This document shows positions 25,172 through 31,325 of a stretch of DNA of 37,654 bases, one piece after another (position 1 is the stretch's first letter; each line of letters starts with the position of its first letter). Source of the stretch: a virus; the IMG/VR virus record IMGVR_UViG_3300014774_000003, positions 1 to 37,654 of that record; one strand, 5' to 3'. Both the position numbers and the translations under genes were made by a program. Below the pieces are notes generated by a model. The model did no database searches. It was not told the DNA's origin and saw nothing but the letters and a program-made list of their open reading frames with translations.

Positions 25172-25431
25172 ACGAAAGAACGTATCAGCACAACAAGGCA
25201 GCCTCATTAAATCGTGGCATTGACGTTTTACTTGTTATTAAAAACACACCAATCGCCACAACCAAGGAAATTAAAGATCAAGCGCTGCCATACATGACGA
25301 TTAGATCGGTACAGCGCTATTTAAAAACCTTGGTGCAAGTCGGTCTTATTGGATTTGTTGGAGGTGGTAATGACGAATATCGCTATTTCCTTACACCTAA
25401 AGCCAAACAGTTATTTGGAGTGCAGGGATGA
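25168..25431 (+). CDS. Winged-helix DNA-binding protein
   Basis: ATGA-coupled. TTKEIKDQALPYMTIRSVQRYLKTLVQVGLI. Confidence 0.5.
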   Translation: MNERTYQHNKAASLNRGIDVLLVIKNTPIATTKEIKDQALPYMTIRSVQRYLKTLVQVGLIGFVGGGNDEYRYFLTPKAKQLFGVQG

Positions 25432-25631
25432 AAAGTCTAAATAAAGCTTTGCGTGAGTGGTTATTAGAAAGACGCGGTAGAGGTATGGCGCTGGCTGAGA
25501 AGCTCGACTGCTCAAGACAGTATATTTCAGAAATATCGAAGATGGAGACAGGGCTTTCATTGGCGAAGTGGGAAGAAATCCAGTGGGCCATGCTTGAAGT
25601 GGAAAGCAATGAGCAAGGAGCAGCAGCATGA
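25428..25631 (+). CDS. XRE-type HTH protein
   Basis: ATGA-coupled. MALAEKLDCSRQYISEISKME. Confidence 0.5.
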   Translation: MKSLNKALREWLLERRGRGMALAEKLDCSRQYISEISKMETGLSLAKWEEIQWAMLEVESNEQGAAA

Positions 25632-25852
25632 ACTTAATCGAGAAAACAGAATTAAAGGAATGTGACCATGATTGGGAAAATATTTCCAAGATTGGGGACA
25701 CCAAGCGTCAACTTATCTGTACCTATTGCTCAGAACAAAAAACAGAACCTTTTGATGTGAATGTAAAACAGTGGTCGGATGAGGAAACTGACCATTGCAC
25801 GGACATTCGGAATCATGTTTCTCCAAATACAAAGGTGATTGAGCATGAGTGA
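25628..25852 (+). CDS. Hypothetical protein
   Basis: ATGA-coupled. CDHDW ... CTYC pair. Confidence 0.45.
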   Translation: MNLIEKTELKECDHDWENISKIGDTKRQLICTYCSEQKTEPFDVNVKQWSDEETDHCTDIRNHVSPNTKVIEHE

Positions 25853-26159
25853 GATTAAGCAGGTTTGGGGAATTATTAAGGACTACAAGTGTGCTGATTT
25901 GAAGATGGTGCAAGACCCAGCTTTAGCGGTATTTCAGCACCAACAAGCCATCATCGATGACCTTCGCCAGCAGCTCAACAACATGGAGGCTTGTTATATC
26001 GAGAAGAAAAAACGAGTCGATGAATTGGAGGGTGCGCTCAATGAGGTTAAAGATTGGAAATCTCATCCAGTTGGGTATGAAGCATCTTTTGGTTCTTGGG
26101 GTGTAAGGGATTTCTATAGAGGCTTGGCAGAAAAAGCCCTGCGAGGTGAGCATGAGTAA
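25845..26159 (+). CDS. Hypothetical coiled-coil protein
   Basis: AGGTGA SD sits 6 nt before ATG 25845. Confidence 0.5.
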   Translation: MSEIKQVWGIIKDYKCADLKMVQDPALAVFQHQQAIIDDLRQQLNNMEACYIEKKKRVDELEGALNEVKDWKSHPVGYEASFGSWGVRDFYRGLAEKALRGEHE

Positions 26160-26298
26160 ATTCCAACAAGAAGTAGCGTTGCTTTTAATTTGCAACGTCA
26201 TTCTTTTCGCTGAGTTTAAAACAACAACATTGGGCGTATTGATGCTTATTTTCATGGCTTGCTTTGTTGTGATGATGTGGCGAGGTGCCAATGACTGA
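26152..26298 (+). CDS. Small two-helix membrane protein (48 aa; not in the ORF track)
   Basis: Hand translation: MSKFQQEVALLLICNVILFAEFKTTTLGVLMLIFMACFVVMMWRGAND. The ATG overlaps the upstream stop. Confidence 0.45.
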   Translation: MSKFQQEVALLLICNVILFAEFKTTTLGVLMLIFMACFVVMMWRGAND

Positions 26299-26707
26299 CC
26301 TGATTATCGGCATCGATCCAGACTTGGAAAAATCAGGAGTGGCTGTCTTAGGGCAGTCACTGGAACTTAAAAACTTAACCTTTCCTGAAACTGTAGAGTT
26401 ATTCCACACTCATCAGGATGAAATCAAGAAAGTGGTCATTGAAGCGGGTTGGTTGAATAAGAAATCTAATTTCCGTTTCGGCCATTCTAAGAGCGCAGGA
26501 GAGAAGATTGCTAAGAATGTGGGGGAGAACCACGCAACAGGCAAATTGCTCGCTGAAATGGCAAAAGAATGCGGTTTGGCGGTGGTATTGGTTAAGCCGA
26601 CACGCACAAAGTTGAAGGCAGAAGATTTTAATCGAATTACAGGTTGGCAAGGCAGAACAAATCAAGAGCAACGTGATGCGGCGATGCTGATTGTGGGGAT
26701 GAAGTGA
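26291..26707 (+). CDS. RuvC-like Holliday junction resolvase
   Basis: IIGIDPD ... VVIEAG ... EQRDAAM spacing matches the RuvC-fold acidic residues. Confidence 0.55.
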   Translation: MTDLIIGIDPDLEKSGVAVLGQSLELKNLTFPETVELFHTHQDEIKKVVIEAGWLNKKSNFRFGHSKSAGEKIAKNVGENHATGKLLAEMAKECGLAVVLVKPTRTKLKAEDFNRITGWQGRTNQEQRDAAMLIVGMK

Positions 26708-26844
26708 TGCTGAGCCTATTTTTAATAATTGGAACTTTGGCTGCATTTAGTGGCGGCAAAGATAAGTCAACAGGGCATAACATTGCTTTAGCGATTATGA
26801 CGATTGGTTGTTATGCCTGTGCAGTAGCACTTGAAAAGATTTAA
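26707..26844 (+). CDS. Small two-helix membrane protein (45 aa; not in the ORF track)
   Basis: Hand translation: MLSLFLIIGTLAAFSGGKDKSTGHNIALAIMTIGCYACAVALEKI. TGATG coupling. Confidence 0.4.
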   Translation: MLSLFLIIGTLAAFSGGKDKSTGHNIALAIMTIGCYACAVALEKI

Positions 26845-26856
26845 GAGGGAATAGGG

Positions 26857-27297
26857 ATGAATGCGATGGTTAAGACGGAAGTGATGAATTGGGATCGTTT
26901 TAGTATTGAAGATTGGCTTAAGCAGTATGGGGCATACATCCAGATTTCACGTATGAAGTCAGGACATCAGCCGGACTCACTTGGGGTAAATCAGATCTAC
27001 TGGCTGATTCTTGAAAATAACAAAGGGGCAGCACCACGTAAGGACCAGGTCATTTGCCAGATTAATGATTTTGAGGCTGAGCAGGTGCGGAAGTTGATTG
27101 TAGATTTTAACAAGTCGAGTTCGGTTTGTGCTTCGGCAAAGGTAGCGGTTGAGATCTTCATTGATAAATGCGTACGTGGGATGTCGTTGCGTCAGTTGGC
27201 ACATGAGCGCGGAATGGGTAAGACTTCGGTTGAGAGCATGGTATTTGCTGGAAAGTTCTATTTAGCTGGTCATGATAAACGGTTGAAATTGGGCTGA
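26857..27297 (+). CDS. Late-gene antiterminator, Q-like (phage 21 / QuuD type)
   Basis: EDWLKQYGAY parallels LERWGAWA. CQINDFEAEQVRKLI and the C-terminal MSLRQLAHERGMGKTSVESMV parallel the QuuD layout. It is the last early gene before a promoter-terminator unit. Confidence 0.6.
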   Translation: MNAMVKTEVMNWDRFSIEDWLKQYGAYIQISRMKSGHQPDSLGVNQIYWLILENNKGAAPRKDQVICQINDFEAEQVRKLIVDFNKSSSVCASAKVAVEIFIDKCVRGMSLRQLAHERGMGKTSVESMVFAGKFYLAGHDKRLKLG

Positions 27298-27305
27298 TTA
27301 ACCAC

Positions 27306-27345
27306 TTGACTGTCCGGACGCGACATGGCATATTTCTGTTATAGT
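27306..27345 (+). promoter_or_regulatory. PR'-like late promoter with a downstream -10-like element
   Basis: TTGACT 27306..27311, 17-nt spacer, CATATT 27329..27334, then TATAGT 27340..27345 at about +1. Confidence 0.5.
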
Positions 27346-27382
27346 GATCGAAGTGTACGTTAAAGCACTAGATTGATTTAAA

Positions 27383-27407
27383 AGCTCGCCAAATGGTGGG
27401 CTTTTTT
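27383..27407 (+). terminator. tR'-like intrinsic terminator
   Basis: AGCTCGCC-AAAT-GGTGGGCT (with G-U pairs) followed by TTTTTT, about 45-65 nt downstream of the promoter. Confidence 0.6.
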
Positions 27408-27422
27408 AATGCCTGAAATAAA

Positions 27423-27498
27423 GCGCCTATCGTCTAACGGATAAGACATCATATTTCTAGTGTGATTGATGCGGGTTCGAATCCTGCTGGGCGTGCCA
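27423..27498 (+). tRNA. tRNA-Arg: tRNA-Arg (anticodon UCU)
   Basis: Hand-folded 76-nt cloverleaf. Acceptor GCGCCTA/TGGGCGT (two G-U pairs). D arm GTCT-AACGGATA-AGAC. Anticodon arm TCATA-TTTCTAG-TGTGA. Variable loop TTGAT. T arm GCGGG-TTCGAAT-CCTGC. Discriminator G, encoded CCA. Confidence 0.88.
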
Positions 27499-27516
27499 AA
27501 TTCTAAGGAGAATCAA

Positions 27517-27630
27517 ATGCTCCGATTCTTATTATGTTTATTCGGCTTACATGGTGCGACTGAGATCGATTACACAGTTGATGATGAAGAAATCAAGGTG
27601 TGTCGGGATTGTTTGAAAGAAGTTGAATAA
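27517..27630 (+). CDS. Small protein (37 aa; not in the ORF track)
   Basis: AAGGAG sits 6 nt before the ATG. MLRFLLCLFGLHGATEIDYTVDDEEIKVCRDCLKEVE. Confidence 0.45.
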   Translation: MLRFLLCLFGLHGATEIDYTVDDEEIKVCRDCLKEVE

Positions 27631-27647
27631 TACAAAATCAAAAATAT

Positions 27648-27680
27648 AAGCCTGCTCATTAATTTGATCGGGCTTTTTTA
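27648..27680 (+). terminator. Intrinsic terminator (repeat family with 29109..29140)
   Basis: AAGCCTGCTCA-TTAATT-TGATCGGGCTT followed by TTTTT. Confidence 0.55.
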
Positions 27681-27702
27681 ATGCCCGGAGAAAAGTGAAG
27701 CA

Positions 27703-28092
27703 ATGAAAATTAAATTATTAGCAGTCGGTTTAATGTGCGCAACAGCACTCGTTGGTTGTTCGCGTGATGCGCAAGTCGCTTCACGCAACCTATCTCATGC
27801 AGCAGACAACTTTCAATTAGATCGACGAATCGTTTTTTATAACGGTGTTACTGGTGATTATGTTCTAACAATTGAAGGCAAGTGTGCCTTTGAAGCTGTT
27901 AGTGAGCGAAAGGTTGATGTGACCTGCAAGACCAGTGACACGGAATTTAAAAAGCATTCGCTGGGCATTTCAGACAATGTGACTTACTTTTCTGAGCAGC
28001 TAAATAGCAAAGGTGTCAGTACCTACCAGTATAAAGTTGATTTCAGACCAAGCGTTATCATTCCTGATGTGGATCTGAAGTTACCCAAATAA
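27703..28092 (+). CDS. Lipoprotein of unknown function (moron)
   Basis: MKIKLLAVGLMCATALVG-C with lipobox LVGC. Flanked by terminators on both sides. Confidence 0.65.
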   Translation: MKIKLLAVGLMCATALVGCSRDAQVASRNLSHAADNFQLDRRIVFYNGVTGDYVLTIEGKCAFEAVSERKVDVTCKTSDTEFKKHSLGISDNVTYFSEQLNSKGVSTYQYKVDFRPSVIIPDVDLKLPK

Positions 28093-28117
28093 TTCGCCGA
28101 ACGTATTACGGCAAACA

Positions 28118-28152
28118 AAGCCCCTCGCATTCTGGATGTTGAGGGGTTTTCT
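28118..28152 (+). terminator. Intrinsic terminator
   Basis: CCCCTC (28121..28126) pairs with GAGGGG (28141..28146), followed by TTTTCTCTTCTT. The loop is large (14 nt). Confidence 0.45.
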
Positions 28153-28171
28153 CTTCTTATTGGTGGTGGTT

Positions 28172-28360
28172 ATGACTCAGTATAGTGACGAAGTTATTGC
28201 GCGAGAGTTGCAGGCTGAGTTGATTCGAGCGGTAGCGCGCACCCAAGATAAACTTGGGGTGAAATTTATGACCATGAACATGGATCTCGATATTTATGGC
28301 GATGGTTCAAAAGTGAAATTCTCAACAATACCAGAGCACATCCTAAAGCCTGTGAGTTGA
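28172..28360 (+). CDS. Hypothetical protein
   Basis: ATG 28172 follows a GGTGGTGG SD-like run. The track start 28136 lies inside the terminator. Confidence 0.45.
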   Translation: MTQYSDEVIARELQAELIRAVARTQDKLGVKFMTMNMDLDIYGDGSKVKFSTIPEHILKPVS

Positions 28361-28377
28361 CTTTATTGGTGGTGTTT

Positions 28378-28599
28378 ATGGACATAGTAGAAGCAAAACG
28401 GAATTTAGAAGTACTTGAAAGAAACCGTAGCCGCTTAATGAATTACAACCATCTGTATTCAAGCTATGCATTTAAAGAAATGTGTGGTGCTGAACTGCGC
28501 AAAGTAAACAAGCAGATCCACGGCATAGAAGAACAATTAAATGCGCAACCCCAAAAGACTCGCAGCAATCAGAAAGCTGCCATGCATTCGATGTGGTAA
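28378..28599 (+). CDS. Hypothetical coiled-coil protein
   Basis: ATG 28378 follows the same TTATTGGTGGTG-TTATG context as 28172. Confidence 0.45.
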   Translation: MDIVEAKRNLEVLERNRSRLMNYNHLYSSYAFKEMCGAELRKVNKQIHGIEEQLNAQPQKTRSNQKAAMHSMW

Positions 28600-28816
28600 T
28601 CCACATAGCCAGGCTGCTCATTCAAATAGTGCTAAGCATGGTAAGGGTAGGTCGATTAAGGCCAGTGACGGGTTCACAGTGCCGCTATGTCATTCCTGCC
28701 ATTTCCAGTTCGATACCTTTCAATTGGGTAATCGGGCTGAGAGTGAATCGATGTTTGATCAGTGGCTGGTGAGAGTGAATCGGATGTTGGTGATGGAAGA
28801 TAGAGAGGTGTTTTGA
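28541..28816 (+). CDS. Zinc-binding nuclease-like protein (DUF968 / DUF1364, YbcO/Ref-like)
   Basis: LPCIRCGNPHSQAAHSNS ... GKGRSIKASDGFTVPLCHSCH matches the Cys/His layout of these nin-region families. Confidence 0.55.
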   Translation: MRNPKRLAAIRKLPCIRCGNPHSQAAHSNSAKHGKGRSIKASDGFTVPLCHSCHFQFDTFQLGNRAESESMFDQWLVRVNRMLVMEDREVF

Positions 28817-29043
28817 TGGGAACCAAGGCGAGTAAAGCGAAAGTTATCGAAAAGGCATATGAGTTTGCCGAAAAGATTATTACTGAAAACGAATACATAA
28901 TTAAGCACACAACCAATGCTGAAGTTGGTGCCAGAGCTGCGGATCGGATTGACCTGGCCAAGTCTTTCAAGCTTCTTTTGTCAGAAACACATGAAGATCT
29001 AATAAAGCTTGAAAATTATGGTAATGATGATTATTGTGGTTAA
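28816..29043 (+). CDS. Hypothetical protein
   Basis: TGATG coupling, with a GAGAGGTG SD. Confidence 0.5.
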   Translation: MGTKASKAKVIEKAYEFAEKIITENEYIIKHTTNAEVGARAADRIDLAKSFKLLLSETHEDLIKLENYGNDDYCG

Positions 29044-29108
29044 ACACCACATCACGAGATTAAAGCGAAAAGCCTTTAGTTCTACTATTGTCTTTAGTCT
29101 TGAGTTGC

Positions 29109-29140
29109 AAAGCCTGTCATTAACTTGATGGGCTTTTTTA
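29109..29140 (+). terminator. Intrinsic terminator (repeat family with 27648..27680)
   Basis: AAAGCCTGTCATTAACTTGATGGGCTTTTTTA. About 30 of 33 positions match the 27648 element. Confidence 0.55.
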
Positions 29141-29153
29141 TTTGGAGTGGGAA

Positions 29154-29639
29154 ATGCAAAAAGCCGTGTTTCCTATCCAGTCGCATGCCGACATCACTAA
29201 AGCCATTAACTACATGCATACCAATTACACTCAGGCGATTAATGAGGGTAAGCCGTTAAGGGTGGTGATTGATCAGAAGGCCGAGGATCGGAGTAAGGCG
29301 CAGAATAGACTCTATTGGATGTGGATGTCGCAATGGTCCAAGCGTCAAGGCACAGATAAAGATTCAGAACATCTATTCTTCAAGAAGCAATTCTTATCGC
29401 GTATCTATGATCGTGATGAGGTTGGTCAGTACAAACAGACATTCGCAGCAGTCAAAGTATTAAAAGAACAAAAGCATCCGCAATATCAAGCTGTGGCAGA
29501 TGGGTTGAATGAATTGATCAGTACCACGGATGCGAGTGTGGATCAGTTCACTGAATACCTAAACGACATTCATGCATTCTGTAATAAGCATGGGTGTTAT
29601 TTAAATACGCCTGATGACTTGATGTATGCTATTGGGTGA
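29154..29639 (+). CDS. ninB: NinB / Orf-family recombination mediator
   Basis: PLRVVIDQKAEDRSKAQNRLYWMWM parallels lambda NinB PIVVTIQERNRSLDQNRKLWACL. GGAG SD. Confidence 0.65.
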   Translation: MQKAVFPIQSHADITKAINYMHTNYTQAINEGKPLRVVIDQKAEDRSKAQNRLYWMWMSQWSKRQGTDKDSEHLFFKKQFLSRIYDRDEVGQYKQTFAAVKVLKEQKHPQYQAVADGLNELISTTDASVDQFTEYLNDIHAFCNKHGCYLNTPDDLMYAIG

Positions 29640-29654
29640 GGATGGAGAATAACT

Positions 29655-29975
29655 ATGCCTTTAGAGTTGAGTAATGAAACAATAGAAATGCTTAACATCA
29701 CGCAGTACAGAAAAAGCCCAGAAGAGCATAGAAGTTTATATCTTGGAAGTACATATTCATTCTTTGTTGGTTGGCTGCGTTATGGGAATGGCTTCCTTGC
29801 TGCTGCGGTAAGCAATGATAAAGCTGAGGGTTTTGCGGAAAAGTTTGAGGACCTTGATGCGGGTGATATGGACGCATCTTGGGCTTACGATTACATTGTA
29901 GCCAATGCTGATTATTGGGCCACGGCAATGACACCAAGTGAATCGCTCAAGGCAGTAGAGGATCAAATCAAATAA
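29655..29975 (+). CDS. Hypothetical protein
   Basis: GGAGAA SD. No motif recognised. Confidence 0.5.
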   Translation: MPLELSNETIEMLNITQYRKSPEEHRSLYLGSTYSFFVGWLRYGNGFLAAAVSNDKAEGFAEKFEDLDAGDMDASWAYDYIVANADYWATAMTPSESLKAVEDQIK

Positions 29976-29976
29976 G

Positions 29977-29997
29977 ACCACCTTCGGGTGGTTTTTT
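29977..29997 (+). terminator. Intrinsic terminator
   Basis: ACCACC-TTCG-GGTGGT followed by TTTTT. Confidence 0.75.
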
Positions 29998-30059
29998 AAT
30001 GGGTGACGTTATGACATGCCAAGGCTGTGAAGCAAGACGCAAATGGATGAAAGAACAAT

Positions 30060-30266
30060 ATGAGCGATCAAGAGAAAGAATGCGGTTGTGTATCGAACGA
30101 CTTACTCATAAAGCTGATCGAACAGAACAATCAGTTAATAAACCAAGTGGCCCAAGTCATCCAGATCAACAATGAACAGAATGCTCAGATCAATGAGCTA
30201 TTGATTCAGTTGGAAGGTGGTGATGAGGAAGAGAAGCCTAAGAAGAAGTCACCTTATTTGGATTGA
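30060..30266 (+). CDS. Hypothetical coiled-coil protein
   Basis: TGATG-coupled to the HNH gene. Overlaps an alternative 54-codon ORF at 30011..30175. Confidence 0.45.
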   Translation: MSDQEKECGCVSNDLLIKLIEQNNQLINQVAQVIQINNEQNAQINELLIQLEGGDEEEKPKKKSPYLD

Positions 30267-30562
30267 TGGTTATGAAGTTACCCAGACTGCAAAACAAACT
30301 ACAAGCGATGACACCGAAGCCACCGAGACCACCTAAGAATAATTGGGGTCAAGGTCGTGGTGGTAGACCGTGGCGCAGACTCAAGCAGAAGATTCATACA
30401 CGTGATGGGTGGACCTGTTGTTCATGTGGTCGTGTGACCATGGAGCTTGAGTTAGACCATATCGTTAATGTGGCTCAAGGTGGTACGGATGATGAATCAA
30501 ACCTTCAGTCGTTGTGTGTGCCGTGTCATAAGAAGAAGACCAGCAAGGAGAGTCGGACATGA
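30266..30562 (+). CDS. HNH endonuclease (packaging-associated)
   Basis: CCSCGR ... LELDHIVNVAQGGTDDESNLQSLCVPCHKKKT. Lies just upstream of the terminase genes. Confidence 0.85.
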   Translation: MVMKLPRLQNKLQAMTPKPPRPPKNNWGQGRGGRPWRRLKQKIHTRDGWTCCSCGRVTMELELDHIVNVAQGGTDDESNLQSLCVPCHKKKTSKESRT

Positions 30563-30750
30563 ACAGGCAGGAAGTGCGAGAACTAAGCCCTGGTCTTTAT
30601 AAAATCTATTGGAAGACTGGTGAGTACTCTTATGCTGCTGTAGGTGTGCTCCCTGATGGTGGTAAGTGGCTTGCTCCTATTAACTGGGTAAGACCAACAG
30701 AAAATCAAAATATTTGGAAAAAAGTGAAAAGTGTTGAGCTGTCTGTGTAA
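30559..30750 (+). CDS. Hypothetical protein
   Basis: ATGA-coupled to the HNH gene. Confidence 0.5.
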   Translation: MNRQEVRELSPGLYKIYWKTGEYSYAAVGVLPDGGKWLAPINWVRPTENQNIWKKVKSVELSV

Positions 30751-30855
30751 GTGGAGGGGGGAGTCAAAAAGTTTGAAACCCTGAGCCAGCGGACACCGCC
30801 CACCATCTCACTTACAAAAAAAATTGTCCCACACGAATATGTTAAAGGAGGGCTT

Positions 30856-31317
30856 ATGGCTTTAACAGCAAAAAAGAAGGCATTTGCCCAAGCTAAACAT
30901 GATGGTGCAAATAACAAAGAAGCCGCTATTTTCGCGGGTTGTAGCCCTGAAACAGCATCACAAGCTGGCTCAAGAATGGCGAAAGATCCAGATGTGATTG
31001 CTCACATTGAACGACTTGAAAGCGTTAAAGATGTTAACACTGATGTTAAACCAGATCAGAAGCCAATTATCACCAAAAAAGACATTGAAACTGCTGGTAG
31101 TCGTGCCGACCCGCTAAAGTTTCTGGAAGAAATCTGGACTGATCCAGTTGAAGACATGAAATTGCGAATGGATGCAGCAAAAGCAGCCCTTCCATATTTT
31201 CATGGCAAGGTTGCTGAAAAAGGCAAGAAAGAATCTCAGGTAGATGATGCTAAGGCCGCTGCAACTGGTGGTGGTAAATACGCTACTCGGTCAGCAAGAA
31301 AATCAAATTACAGTTAG
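30856..31317 (+). CDS. terS: Terminase small subunit (P27 / Terminase_4-like)
   Basis: AGGAGG sits 6 nt before ATG 30856. MALTAKKKAFAQAKHDGANNKEAAIFAGCSPETASQAGSRM is HTH-like. Confidence 0.75.
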   Translation: MALTAKKKAFAQAKHDGANNKEAAIFAGCSPETASQAGSRMAKDPDVIAHIERLESVKDVNTDVKPDQKPIITKKDIETAGSRADPLKFLEEIWTDPVEDMKLRMDAAKAALPYFHGKVAEKGKKESQVDDAKAAATGGGKYATRSARKSNYS

Positions 31318-31325
31318 GTTGAAAT

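Noticed and set aside
28156-28383. 20-nt repeat TTATTGGTGGTG(G/T)TTATG at 28156 and 28363
   Set aside because: Both copies sit exactly at translation starts of adjacent small genes whose proteins are unrelated. It is most simply a shared SD-like initiation context rather than a regulatory repeat.
30751-30855. N-terminal 35-codon extension of terS (GTG 30751)
   Set aside because: A consensus AGGAGG lies 6 nt before ATG 30856, and the family-typical sequence begins at MALTAKKK. The extension has no SD.
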